A stretch of 64,000 bases of DNA from Eledone cirrhosa (Eukaryota), in contig OZ024747.1 in the NCBI GenBank assembly GCA_964016885.1, positions 18,600,001-18,664,000 on the forward strand, written 5' to 3'. How positions within the stretch are numbered: position 1 is the first letter of the stretch; the number at the start of each line of letters is the position of its first letter. Positions 1-12,521 of this stretch are shown here, in pieces. Below the pieces are notes generated by a model, which saw only the letters and a program-made list of their open reading frames with translations, ran no database searches and was not told the DNA's origin. The position numbers and the translations under genes are program-made.

Positions 1-399
1 ACATTGGATATTTGTTCCGGGTTCTGAATTTAAATTGGGTTTGATATTGAAGCTAATAGCCTAGTGCCAGTGCCGGATTTAGGACAAATGAGGCCCTGTG
101 CTAGTTACGTTATGTGGCCCAAAACATTTGAAAAATTCATTGTAAAAATTGTTTTTGGCACCAAGATGGGCCCCATCCTAGTCAACGGGTCCCTGTGTTT
201 AAGCACACCTAAGCACAATGGTAAATCCGACACTGCCCAATGTTGGTTCAATCCTCTCCCTTTACAGCTGTCAGATCCAAGATGTTCCGCTGGTTCAAGG
301 GAAGGTGCCTGTGAGAGGGCGTCTAAGTCTGTTTACGATGTATGAACACCCGAAACTGCGAAAGTATACTACGATTTTAGTCTTCAAATTTATTATTAT

Positions 400-436
<37 letters not shown>

Positions 437-1234
437 TACCCTTCCAGAACTACCCATATATATATATTTATATAGATAGATAGATACAATCTGGTACGTG
501 AAGAGAAAATTATACACTTCACTCCTTTTTGAATACATTTTAAGAGAAAAAAATTGCAAACATACACAGGGACTAGCGCCAAGTAAAACAACAAATACGG
601 AAAGAGAGAGAGAGACGGACACATACATAATCAAATAAAACTGGCAGACGATATACTCAAGTTTAAAAAAAATAAAGATGCACGATAATAATTTAATCAT
701 GTGTAATGTTGATATTTTCTTTATCTCCAGACCAATATGACGTCAGATGTTAACAAAGAACTATGCACTGGTTTGTCTCGGAGACGTTTAATTATCATTA
801 TTACATAATTGAATTCAGCGCCCGTTTTCAAAGTGACATGCTGGGGGAATTTCTTGCCTGGTTAAGTTTTGTCTCTCTGTATCACCTTGCCTCTACTCGG
901 CTCTTTCTTTCCCCCGCACTGTTGGTATCTATATCTCTTAGTCTCTTTCTATTTCCCTGTGTATGTCTCTCTCTGCCTCGATATTTCACTGTTCCTCTCC
1001 CTTTACGCATCCCCTCTTTCTATCTGCATGCTTCCCCGTGTATATATCTCTCTCTCTCTCTTTTGTCGAATCTCTTGACGATATATAAAGACCACGAGTC
1101 AACAAGTCAAATCCTTTACGTGTTCGCTGGATCTGTTAAATAAAACAAACCTCATACATCCTAAAATGGAAGGAGACATCGGATAATAGGTTTTACAAAT
1201 AAACTATTTTTGTTGCAAGTTTATTTACATACAA

Positions 1235-1448
1235 TGGTTTCTGCTTTAGGCACAAGGCCAACAATTTTTGAGGAGGGGGAAAGTCGAATACATCGACCCC
1301 AGTGTGTTACTGGTAATTTATTTTAAGACCCTGTAAGGATGAAAGGCAAAGTCAACCTCGGTGGGATTTGAATTCAGAACGTAAAGGGACGTAACTCTAT
1401 GCTGCGAAGCATGGTGTCCGACGCTCTACCGATTCTGCCAATCCACCG
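1235..1448 (-). mobile_element. tRNA-derived SINE with Meta-type central domain
   Basis: The reverse complement reads as a tRNA head (A box TGGCAGAATCGG, B box GAATTCAAATCCC), then GACTTTGCCTTTCATCCTTACAGGGTC..AAAATAAA.TACCAG, then the tail CCTTGTGCCTAAAGCAGAAAC. More than 20 similar copies occur in the window. Confidence 0.85.
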
Positions 1449-1600
1449 TCCCTGAAGGCATGAAAGGTTTAGTATTAATTAGCAATAGCACTAACACAGT
1501 GTGATTAAGAATAAAGGATTATATGAACCAATATGTTTAACCAGTATTAAGCATTACTTCCCAAAGATTATAGACACACACACACACACGTGTGTGTATG

Positions 1601-1650
<50 letters not shown>

Positions 1651-1654
<4 letters not shown>

Positions 1655-1833
1655 ATTAAATAAATGGAAACTATATTTATAAAACCATATTTATTTCATT
1701 ATATATATTTCAGGGATATCATATTAACAATATGCTATGCCTTCCTCAGACAAAATACAATATGATATCCCTGAAATATATATAATGAAATAAATATGGT
1801 TTTATAAATATAGTTTCCATTTATTTAATATTG
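1651..1833. repeat. Fold-back (inverted repeat) cassette next to (TA)n; probable Penelope-like pLTR remnant
   Basis: Arms of about 75 bp (caatattaaataaatgg...gatatcatatt and its reverse complement) surround a short spacer; the cassette contains a hammerhead motif. Confidence 0.75.
1692..1757 (-). ncRNA. Type I hammerhead ribozyme motif
   Basis: Minus strand: TATTTTGT-CTGAGGA-AGGcATAgCATATT(gtt)AATATGaTATcCCT-GAAA-TATATA-TA-ATGAAATA. Stem I has two G.U pairs; stem III is palindromic. Confidence 0.7.
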
Positions 1834-1921
1834 TAAATATACTCCAAATATTTGTCGAGTGCTTTTATATCAGTTATAAATATTTACTAGTTGTAACCCA
1901 ACAATTTAAATATAACTTTCC

Positions 1922-2012
<91 letters not shown>

Positions 2013-2016
2013 TTCA

Positions 2017-2125
2017 TTTTCCAGTACACTGTTGACAGTCAGCCATGCTAAATTAAGTGACAGGTCGTAACACCACACCTGTCACTTAATTTAGCATGGG
2101 TGAGTGTGGACTGTGTACTGGAAAA
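2017..2125. repeat. Hairpin/fold-back adjacent to (TA)n
   Basis: ccatgctaaattaagtgacaggt ... acctgtcacttaatttagcatgg, with outer arms ttttccagtacac / gtgtactggaaaa. Confidence 0.8.
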
Positions 2126-2687
2126 TAGAAGTTTAGTAATTTTCTAAGGGTGGTCAGAGCAAAAAGTGTCAAAAACCAAGAACCAAGCAAACCTATTTAT
2201 TGCTAAACAAATACATTGTCACAAAAAAAAAAAGAAACACTACGTGTATATATATATATATATCGAATGTACAAAGGTAACACACGAGTTGATATATATA
2301 AAAACAAATAGTAGAAAGGTAAATGATTTTTTCTGTAGAAAATGTTGAAGAGATTTTTTGGGGTGAAATAGTGAAAATCATGATAATAACAAAATAAAAT
2401 ATATATATAAAGAGGGGAAGAAAAGTTAATTTTCACATACGTGATCCTTCAGAGAAGAAAGTCATTTTGTCTGTCTATCCTTCTCTGCTAATGGATTTGT
2501 TGTGACTGAAGAGGGTAGAAACGGGGGGAGGGGGGAGATGGTTGTTGGGGCTGCAGACTTGTATCCATTATTCAAAGGGTCCCAAATAGCAGTCTGCCTC
2601 TTCCCCCTCATTCTTCTTCTCCTCTCCTGCTTCTACCCTCTTCACTCACAACAGAGAATATGTAACTTAACAATATTCTGCATATCC

Positions 2688-2725
2688 ACAATTGACAATG
2701 CATTTAATGCTGAAACCGGTATTGT
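2688..2725 (+). ncRNA. Minimal type I hammerhead ribozyme, U3:A8 core variant
   Basis: ACAA-TTGACAA-tGCAT(tta)ATGCt-GAAA-CCGG-TA-TTGT. It lies within a cassette whose ends (about 2295-2370 and 2748-2820) are inverted repeats flanked by (TA)n. Confidence 0.7.
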
Positions 2726-2810
2726 AAATAAATCAATGATTTGAAATTTCACCAAAAAATCTCTTCAACATTTTCTACAGAAAAAATCTTTTTCCTTTCT
2801 ACTATTTGTT

Positions 2811-2907
<97 letters not shown>

Positions 2908-3476
2908 CTGCGATGCTGACAGTTTATTACTATGATAAACTCAACCACTACCAAGACCAATAACCTATTTTTTCACACTCTACAAATATTACTACACCCT
3001 CAGAAAGGCTTGCTGAAGACACAAGCTGAAACGACTTGGCGCCGCGGTTATGATATTACATCTCTCTCGCTCTCTCTCTCTCATATATACAGTATATATA
3101 TAAGTAGTGTGAATGTGTGTGCGTGCACGCGTACGTGCGATTGCGATACAATCTATCATTTATGTATGCTTAGTTGAGCAAACATATGGAAAACTGTTAA
3201 GTAATTTAATGGTGAGTTGTTAAAATTTTGTGTTTTGGTTAGTACAAAAATTAAGGTTAATATAATACGTTTCATATGATAAATATCTTGAATGTTAAGT
3301 TTTGCTGTATTTCATATAGTATATTATTTCATTCGTACATTTACTTCTTCTCAGTCAATTGACTGCGGCCATCTGGAGCACAGCCTTGATTTATTCAATC
3401 ATATCGATCTCAGTACTATTTCTTTCAAGCTCGGTACTTCTATCGATATATTATATTTTATGTTGAACTGGCAAAT

Positions 3477-4038
3477 TATGGTTTCTGATTTAGGCACAAG
3501 GCCAACAATTTTAGGGGAAGCGAAAGTCGATTAAACGACCCAGTGCATTACTGGTGCTTTATTTTATCGACTCCGTAAGAATGATAAGCAAAGTTAACAT
3601 CAGTGGGATTCGAATTCAGACCGTAAAGGGCCATATTGAACTGGCAAATAATGATTTCTAGTATAGGCACAAGGCCAGTAATTTGGGGGAGGGGAAAGTC
3701 GATTAAATCGTCCCCAGTACGTTACTGGTACTTTATTTTATCTACCACGTAACGATGAAAGGCAAAGTTAATCTCAGCGGGATTCGAACTCAGACCGTAA
3801 AGGGCCGTAACTCTATGCTGCAAAGCAAGGTGTTCGACGCTCTACCGATACTGCCAATCCACCGCCATTACTAAGTACTAAGTTAAATAATTGTTTCTAC
3901 TTTTGGCACAAGGCCAGCAATTACCCAGTGCATTACTGGTACTTTATTTTGTCGGCCCCGTAAGGATGAAAGGCAAACTTAACCTCGGCGGGATTTGAAC
4001 TCGGGCCGCAAAGGGCCGTAACTCTATGCTGCAAAACA
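3477..4038 (-). mobile_element. Tandem cluster of three Meta-type SINE copies
   Basis: Copies at about 3477-3632, 3650-3866 and 3889-4038 match the consensus of 1235-1448. Confidence 0.85.
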
Positions 4039-4307
4039 AGGTGTTCGATGGTCTACCGAAATAGTTATAACAAGGTCAGAAATTTGGAGCCTGAGTGCAG
4101 TCGGTTAAATCAACTTCATTGACATTTTAGACGGCGCCTATATTGTTTCAATATATTGTTTCAATATACTTATTACCCTTTAATAATTCCTACTAATATT
4201 GGCACACGGCAACTCCTCTTTTAGGGGAAGGAGAAAGTTGATTACATCGACCCCGCTACTGTACTTGCATTGTATTACATCGACCTTGGTAATTATATAC
4301 ATAAACA

Positions 4308-4657
<350 letters not shown>

Positions 4658-4724
4658 GGAGGTGAGTTTTATTGTAGTACAATAAAGCAATGTAGATATT
4701 TTTAACCTTCATATCATGTCTCCC

Positions 4725-4795
4725 TATTTTATCTGACGAAAACGCAAATGATATTGCATGATGATATTTGTTTTTGAAATGCGCATAATAAAATA
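4725..4795 (+). ncRNA. Type I hammerhead ribozyme motif (family also at 43275, 61363, 61542)
   Basis: TATTTTAT-CTGACGA-aaacgcaaatg...atatttgttttt-GAAA-TGCGCA-TA-ATAAAATA. Stem I is a perfect 8 bp; stem III is the palindrome ATGCGCAT. Confidence 0.8.
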
Positions 4796-4825
4796 CATGG
4801 AACTCTTTTAACCATCTTTTGATCT

Positions 4826-4857
<32 letters not shown>

Positions 4858-4858
<1 letters not shown>

Positions 4859-5038
4859 CTCTGGTGCGTTATGGTCCACCTGGTTCCTTACCACACTTAG
4901 GGTAGTAAAGTGGGTAATAGGAAAATGTTCAAGACCTCGACGGCAGAGCTCAAGCCGTTTCGACGGATTTTTCTGGATCCAGAAATAGCCGTCGAAACGG
5001 CTTGAGCTCTGCCGTCGGGGTCTTGAACATTTTCCTAT
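4858..5038. mobile_element. Fold-back copy of the hammerhead-bearing family seen at 10687-10873
   Basis: Near-perfect palindrome of about 120 bp (4918-5038) made of the ribozyme 3' half GAAACGGCTTGAGCTCTGCCGTCGGGG, plus the family tail ggtgcgttatggtccacctggttccttaccac; flanked by (TA)n. Confidence 0.7.
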
Positions 5039-5067
5039 ATATATATATATATGTGTGTGTGTGTATG

Positions 5068-5138
5068 TACGTGGGTCGACTGAAAAGTTCATAGGCTGAC
5101 CAAGATACTCTCATAGAATGACCAAATGAGGTTTATTT
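5068..5138 (+). mobile_element. Tc1/mariner-type terminal fragment
   Basis: TA-CGTGGGTCGACTGAAAAGTTCATAGGCTGACCAAGATACTCTC matches the copy at 22236 and resembles the mariner TIR at 34164. Confidence 0.55.
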
Positions 5139-5896
5139 GGAAAGAAACAATGCAATTATTAATAACAAGAGTTGAATTAATACATTCTAGATTTCACAGC
5201 TCGAGCATCACGCCTTCATAATCAACCTACCCTCGGATGTATTATGTATATTATGTCCAGATATGAGAGTTTTCACGGAATTATTTTGTGTTAGGTTTCT
5301 CGTGGTAAGCACACATCTATAGCCAGAACTGAATCTCTTCAAGGCCAAACAGCTGTTACACACACACACACACACACGTTCTAGATATACACAGTCGGTC
5401 TGAATCGCAAAACTTTTTTCTCTCCAACCGACCACTAACATATATATTTTGTTTCCACTTTCCATTGCTTTACCTCAACAGAAGCCTAATTCCTTCAACA
5501 TTTCTCTCTTTCTTTCGCCCACATGGTCTCATCCCTAAGCCCATCCCATCCCATCCCACCCAACCCCACACCACCCAAGCAACCCAACACACCCATCCCA
5601 CCGAACCCCACCCGACTAAAAGCTTTATTCAATCAGGATTTCCACCAAACTACAATATTCTGGAAATAGTTCTCTACCTACGCGTTCATTATATGCAGCA
5701 ACCCTGCCTGTGTTCGAGAGCCTGGAAGAACTATTGGTACTGCCCCTCCTTCATGATTAATATGTAACCGAAAATAAATAACAGCTAATCTTCCTCTTCG
5801 TTACCATCTCCACCCACTTATTTCTGAGAGAATCATGGAGGCAGAGTCCTCAAACAAACCTTCCAGTGGATTCTATCGGCAGCAACCGTCTTCAAA

Positions 5897-6167
5897 TAAT
5901 TGTTTCTACTTTAGGCACAAGGCCATCAATTACCCAGTGCATTACTGGTACTTTATTTATAACCGTCTTCAAATTATAACCGTCTTCAAATAATGATTTC
6001 TAGTATAGGCGCAAGGCAAGTAATTTTTTTTTGGGGGGGGGGGTCGATTAAATCGACCCCAGTACGTTACTGGTGCTTTATTTTATCAACCCCGTAAGGA
6101 TGAAAGGCAAAGCTAACCTCGGCAGATTTGAACTCAGACCGTAAAGGACCGTAACTCTATGCTGCAA
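5897..6167 (-). mobile_element. Two Meta-type SINE copies (one truncated)
   Basis: Consensus match; flanking aaccgtcttcaaa is repeated, TSD-like. Confidence 0.8.
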
Positions 6168-7409
6168 ATAATCCGGTGTGACCAGGCGAGGTTATGGATG
6201 TTGCCAATACATCTTGTTCGTGAGTCTCCTTCAGGTTGGATTTACTCGTAAAATCTGTCCTGCGATTATTTCCTTAGAGCTGCTCTAAGTAGGGTTGCTA
6301 CTTCTCCGCCACATCGAAAGATTACAGCTCCGGTACTACGTCTAAAGTCAACAACCAATCGTGACTTAATTAACGTCCCATTTATCTAGTGACCCCACTA
6401 TGATAAACGTTTTCAGTAATCTTCTCATATAAATTACCGCTATCATTGCTCCCTTATTATTATTGCTCAGGATGGCCGTCTTTGCCCTTTGCTATCATCC
6501 ACTATCTATTCACTCATCTATTATCCCTGTTATTGGCAACACTTAATTCATCCCTGTGCCAGCTACTTAGTGCTGTTTTCTCTTTATGTTAGCCATTCTT
6601 AACATCACTTTGATAAATCTGAATGTTTGTGGGGAGAAAGATGGTATTTTGATAAGGTGTTCAAATGATTCTTTTTTTTTTACTTTTATTTTTACCTATA
6701 ACAATTTTCAAGGTGTTCGAGGCAGATTGGTGGGGGTGGGGGTGGGGGTATTCTCAAACAGGAGACTTGGACTGAATAGAGATTACTAAACTTTTACGAG
6801 CACTCAATTACATGACGGCCTGTAATTGTTTTGTAAGACATTTTTCAAATGAAGTCCTCCCCTTGTATACACTGGGACATGAACGTTGTCACCCGACCTG
6901 CTACAGATAGCAGTCAAATATCACACCTGTTTGAGGAGACCTTTTTCTCTTCCAACAGTCTCGGAAGCCCTGAAAGGATCATGGGCATTACCCCCCTGTC
7001 TTAACAGTAAAAAGAAGAAAATAACAAAGAAAAAGTCGAGCTTGTGCACTAGTTTCGATTCTCTTACACCTCAATTCAGTCAGCTGCAAATAACACTTCT
7101 TAAACAAGAAACCACTAACGCCTGTCTATTGAGGTTAGTTAGACTAAAACTAAAGAGCGGAAATGTTTTTACAAATAAACGTGAAACTATAAAAAAGAAT
7201 AAATTGATAGATAAATAAATTGATATGACTGGGTCGACAAACACCAACCAAAATGGTGTGTGAAAACAAGAGAAACGTGTGTTTGATAAAAGTTAGTCTC
7301 GAACAGAGCGACATTTGGGATATATTTACTTTGATATTTGTTCTGACTTCAACTGTCGAGGATTACAACACGAAACTTATCCCCTAATAATAGATTATTT
7401 CCGGTGAGG

Positions 7410-8410
7410 TTGTGGATGATGATGATGATGGGATGATGACGACGATAGTGGTGATGGTAGTGGCGGTGGTGGTTAGGGTGGTGGTGGTGGCGGCGGTGGT
7501 GATAGCGATGATGATGATGGTGGTGGTGGTGGTGGCGGTGGTGGTGATGGTGGTGGTGGCAGTGGTGATAGCGATGATGGTGATGATGGTGGTGGTGGTA
7601 GTGGCGGTGGTGGTGATGGTGGTGGCGGCGGTGGTGGTGACGATGATGATGATGATGATACTGCGGTGATAGTGGTGGTGGTGGTGATAGCGATGATGAT
7701 GATGATGATGGTGGTGGTAGTGGCGGTGGTGGTGATGGTGGTGGCGGTGGTTGTGATGATGATGATACTGCGGTGATAGTGGTGGTGGTGGTGGTGGTGG
7801 TGGTGGTGGTGGTGGTGGTGATAGCGATGATAGTGGTGGTGGTAGTGGCGGTGGTGGCGGCGGTGGTGGTGGTGATGATGATGATGATACCGCGGTGATA
7901 GTGGTGGTGGTGGTGGTGGTGATAGCGATGATGATAATGATGATGATGGTGATGGTGGTGGTGTGGATGATGATGGTGGTGGTGTGGGTGGTGGGGATGG
8001 TGGTGACGATGATGGCGTAGATTTTTGTTGCCAACTCCGATGACAAGGATGATGCTGAATGACAATTGTGATGGCGATGATGATAGTGGTGGTGGCGGTG
8101 CTGGGGATGGAGGTGTGGATGCAGAGGGTGGTGATGATGATGATGATGGCGTAGATTATGTTGCCGACAATGATGCTGATGACGATTGTGGTGGTGGTGG
8201 TGGTGATGATGATGATGATGATGCTGCAGTGATAGTGGTGGTGGTGATAGCGATGATGATGGTGGTGGTGGGGATGATGGTGTGGATGATGATGGTGGTG
8301 GTGGTGGAGATGATAATGCTGACTATGATGGTGTAGATTATGTTGCCAACTATGATGACAAGGATGATGCTGAATGACCATTATGATGGCGCTGATGATA
8401 GTGATGGCAA
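7410..8410. repeat. Compound (GGT)n/(GAT)n trinucleotide low-complexity repeat
   Basis: About 1 kb of GGT/GAT/GGC triplets with recurrent gatagcgat punctuation; source of the poly-H/P/T ORFs. Confidence 0.95.
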
Positions 8411-8417
8411 TAAAAAT

Positions 8418-9026
8418 AATTGCTTCTATTTTTGGCACAAGGCCAGCAATTATCTCAGTACATTACTGGTACTTTATTTTGTCGACCCCGTAAGGATGAA
8501 AGGAAAAGTTAACCTCAGACGGATTTGAACTCGGACCGTAAATGGACGTAACTCTATGCTGGAAAGCATGGCGTCCGACCCTCTACCGATACTGCCAATC
8601 CACCGCCAATAAAAATAATAATTGTTTCTACTTTTGGCACAAGGCCAGCAATTACCCAGTGCATTACTGGTACTTTATTTTGTCGGCCCCGTAAGGATGA
8701 AAGGCAAAATTAACCTCGGCGGGATTTGAACTCGGGCCGTAAAGGACCGTAACTCTATGCTGCAAAGCAAGGTGTTCGATGCTCTACCGAAATAGTTATA
8801 ACAAGGTCAGAAATTTGGAGTCTGAGTGCAGTCGGTTAAATCAACTTCATTGACATTTTAGACGGCGCCTATATTGTTTCAATATATTGAAAGTCGATTA
8901 AATCGACCCCAGTACGTTACTGGTGCTTTATTTTATCGACCTCGTAAGGATGAAAGGCAAAGGGACGTAACTCTCTGCTGGAAAGCATGGCGTCCGACCC
9001 TCTACCGATACTGCCAATCCACCGCC
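8418..9026 (-). mobile_element. Cluster of three Meta-type SINE copies
   Basis: Copies at about 8418-8607, 8619-8789 and 8891-9026. Confidence 0.85.
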
Positions 9027-9034
9027 AATAAAAT

Positions 9035-9515
9035 CCCAGCTCAAGCCGGTGGGGCTGGATCGAGGGGACGGCAAAAGGCCAGATGGCATGACCATCTTCC
9101 CGTTCCGCGGTGGCAAACCCCTCATCTGGGATGCCACTTGCACCGACACTTTCTGCAGCCGCAACCTGGTGCAGTCGACGACTGACCCAGGTTCTGCTGC
9201 ACGTCGGGCTGAGGGGGGCCAAACTCCTCAAATATCGGTCGCTTTCCGACAGGTTTGCAGTCGTACCCCTGGCAGTGGAAACTTCTGGTGTCCTCGGCCC
9301 CAGGGCTACCTCCTTACTCACCACCATAGGCGCTGAGCTGGCAAGCCGCAAGTGTGAGCCCCGCGAGTTGGAGTGGCTTTTCCAGCGCGTCTCCCTTGCC
9401 GTCCTGCGGGGAAACGCCTTCTCCATTCTGTCCGCCGGGGCTGTGGATGGGCCCCATCGCGTACTATTACATTAGTTAAATACCATTCTTTCATCCCAGT
9501 GGAGTTAAATAAACA
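9035..9515 (+). mobile_element. 3' fragment of a CRE-clade non-LTR retrotransposon (restriction-like endonuclease), frameshifted
   Basis: Joining two frames gives GLDRGDGKRPDGMTIFPFRGGKPLIWDATCTDTF...AARRAE/GAKLLKYRSLSDRFAVVPLAVETSGVLG...WLFQRVSLAVLRGNAFSIL, the typical CRE RLE signature (RPD..WD.T..KY..P.A.ET.G..QR.S.A..RGNA). GC-rich relative to the flanks; AATAAA near 9508. Confidence 0.85.
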
Positions 9516-10007
9516 TGTTTGTGGTTCTATAAAATAAAAAAAAAATAATAATAATAATTGTTTCTACTAAATAATAATGATGATAGTGGTGACCGTAATT
9601 TTGATGACAGCAACAATAACAACGAAGATGATGGTGATAAAGGGGATGACTCTGTGTTGGAGGAGAATGCAAGAACGAAGTCAACGATGAGACTGATGTG
9701 TGAAGATGTCATCATACCAGAAAAAGCATAAGGCTGGCGTAGGCAGGTATGGCTGAATGGTTAAAGAGTACACTTCATAACGACATGGTCTTGAATTCAG
9801 TCACGTTGCGTGGCACGTTGGACTATTTTACCTGTTCCAGCCACCCGACTGAGGCCATGCTGGGGTACCGCCCTTGTAAAAAGTAAACGTCGTCCTTGGG
9901 TGGGCGTGAACCACCAACCTTTCGGTTAACAGACGTTTTCTACTATCGCTTCGGATTCACCAATGCATTGGGATTACAATTTGAGAGACAGAAACTGCAG
10001 AAACTCA

Positions 10008-10135
10008 GTGTGTGTGTGTGTGTCCATGTTTACATTTGTGTGTGCGTGTGTGTCAATGTTTACATTTGTGTGTGCGTGTGTGTCAATGTTTACATTTGTG
10101 TGTGCGTGTGTGTCAATGTTTACATTTGTTTGTGT
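10008..10135. repeat. 30-bp minisatellite, about 4 copies
   Basis: Unit tgtgtgtcaatgtttacatttgtgtgtgcg. Confidence 0.9.
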
Positions 10136-10495
10136 CTGTATTTATGTCTCGTAATATAACAGAATCTTCAAAGGCAGTAGATTGACAGAATTGTTAGAGC
10201 ATCAGGCAAAATGTTTTGCAGCATTTAGTTACGGCGATTTACATTCTGAATATAAATCCAGCTGAGGTCAATTTTGCCTTCCCTCCTTTCAGGATCAATA
10301 AAATAAAGTACCAATTAGGTACTTCCCTGCTCATAAATTGCGTGGATTGTGGGAAATGTTAGATCGTCGGAAAAAACGCGGCTTGGCATTTGTTCTAGCT
10401 ATCTGCACTCCGCCTTCAAATTATGCCTTTCATAATTTCGGGGTCCAATAAAATAGTGTCCGTTTCTTTAGGCTAATCTGGTGATTAGCTCGTAT

Positions 10496-10552
<57 letters not shown>

Positions 10553-10686
10553 AGTAAGGAGTAAGTAAGACCCCTCCTACTGGCAGGTTTGGCTACCTCC
10601 CCACCAACTTGCCATCACAGAATTATTACTACTACCTTGCGGGATGACCAATCCTGGTGATTATCTCTTTGACCATATATGGAATT

Positions 10687-10781
10687 GCCCCTTGACAAGT
10701 TCGGCTATTTAAATACCAGAACTGATTTTTCATTCAGTACAGAATTAGCCGTCGAAACGGCTTGAGCTCAGCCGTCGGGGT
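10687..10781 (+). ncRNA. Type I hammerhead ribozyme, U3:A8 core variant, GUC cleavage site
   Basis: GCCCC-TTGACAA-GttCGGCTA...TAGCCGtC-GAAA-CGGCT(tgagctc)AGCCG-TC-GGGGT. Stem III is 6 bp; predicted cleavage after C10776. The cassette 10551-10873 is bounded by (TA)n on both sides. Confidence 0.8.
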
Positions 10782-10872
10782 CTTACTTACTCCTATTACC
10801 CACTCTACTACCCTAAGTATTGAGTACTTTGGTGCGTTATGGTCCACCTGGTTCCTTACCACTTTTCCTTCG

Positions 10873-10925
<53 letters not shown>

Positions 10926-11032
10926 TAAAAAGAATTCCAACTTTGTCTGATTTACTCGTTTTATTTACATCCTTTAAAATTATAATATTATAATGAAATA
11001 GTATGGTAGAATATTAAATGTTAAATGTTAAT

Positions 11033-11071
11033 TGAACAAGTACTTTCATGCTTTCGCAATCTTCAGGTTCA
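11033..11071 (-). ncRNA. Minimal type I hammerhead ribozyme
   Basis: Minus strand: TGAAC-CTGAAGA-tTGC(gaaa)GCAt-GAAA-GTAC-TT-GTTCA. Perfect stem I, GNRA loop II, palindromic stem III. It lies in a unique island of about 190 bp between (TA)n tracts. Confidence 0.8.
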
Positions 11072-11109
11072 TATTCAGTGGTGACAGTGAAGTTTGCAAT
11101 TTTCAAATG

Positions 11110-11168
<59 letters not shown>

Positions 11169-11196
11169 ATATATGTGTGTGTGTGTGTGTATATAT

Positions 11197-11258
<62 letters not shown>

Positions 11259-11270
11259 TATACACATATA

Positions 11271-11301
<31 letters not shown>

Positions 11302-11311
11302 TATACACATA

Positions 11312-11357
<46 letters not shown>

Positions 11358-11548
11358 TAAACGGAATAGAAAATGCTGACAAATTGTTCACAGTTGAAAA
11401 ATGGTTTAATTAGGAATAAAAGAGTATTAGTGATTGTATGGGTTAGTATTCAGTTGTGGTTTTAAGTTTTTAAGTTTTTACCGGTTGCGCATTTCTAAAT
11501 GCTTTTCAAAAATAATTTTGAGATAGAGTGTCCGTGCTGTTTGCTCTG

Positions 11549-11614
<66 letters not shown>

Positions 11615-11928
11615 TTTATATATATATATATATAATTATATATATATATATAACTATATATATATATAATTATATATATATATAATTATATATATATATA
11701 ATTATTTATATATATATATATATAATTATATATATATATATAACTATATATATATATAATTATATATATATATAATTATATATATATATATATACATATA
11801 ATTATATATACATATACATATAATTATATATATATCCCCCCCCCCCCCCACACACACACTCAAGCGTGAAACTAATACTAATATCATTTGTACTGCCTCT
11901 CTGTTTTTTGTTCTCTGTTTATTTATTA

Positions 11929-12002
<74 letters not shown>

Positions 12003-12081
12003 TGATGAGCAGAACAAACAAACATTAAATAATCATATAGATAAATTAAAAAAATGATTTAAATATCTACCTGTTCATAAT

Positions 12082-12160
12082 GCTATTACCGGCGGTTTCC
12101 ATTTACAAAAGATTGGAAATTCAGAGAATTTCCAACGGAAAGTAAATTTCATCAGATAGC
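12082..12160 (-). ncRNA. Type I hammerhead ribozyme motif (inverted copy of 12522-12600)
   Basis: Reverse complement of the + copy; core intact. Confidence 0.8.
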
Positions 12161-12521
12161 TATTTCCTTTCTATAGGACGTACGTCCCACGTACGGTCCG
12201 CAAATATAATGCCAACTACCAGCTCGTATGAGTTATGGCCGTTAAAGTGACCCACACGTGAACCGGCCGCTAGTGAAAGCGGGAATATTACAGACTTGTT
12301 GATGGCTTGGCTGCTAAAAAAATACCAGTAAGCAACAACGAATTTTTTTCTCTACAAAGATTGAAGAATATATAAAAATGAGGTAAATATCTCACTGAGT
12401 ACTAAGTACCCATAGAGATATATAGGGTGTCTATAATATAATTGTTGTTCTATGGTACTAATTCGAGATACCAGAACTATATTTGCGGTGCGTGGGACGT
12501 GTGTCCTATAGAAAGGAAATA

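Noticed and set aside
2995-3050. Hammerhead-like ggcttg...caagct-gaaac
   Set aside because: No intact CUGANGA at the right position and no stem I. Similarly degenerate candidates at about 308-360, 2425-2460 and 38755-38785 were also not called.
7349-8438. Poly-His/Pro/Thr ORFs resembling histidine-rich or extensin proteins
   Set aside because: Trinucleotide low-complexity DNA open in all three minus frames; no splice signals or domain evidence.
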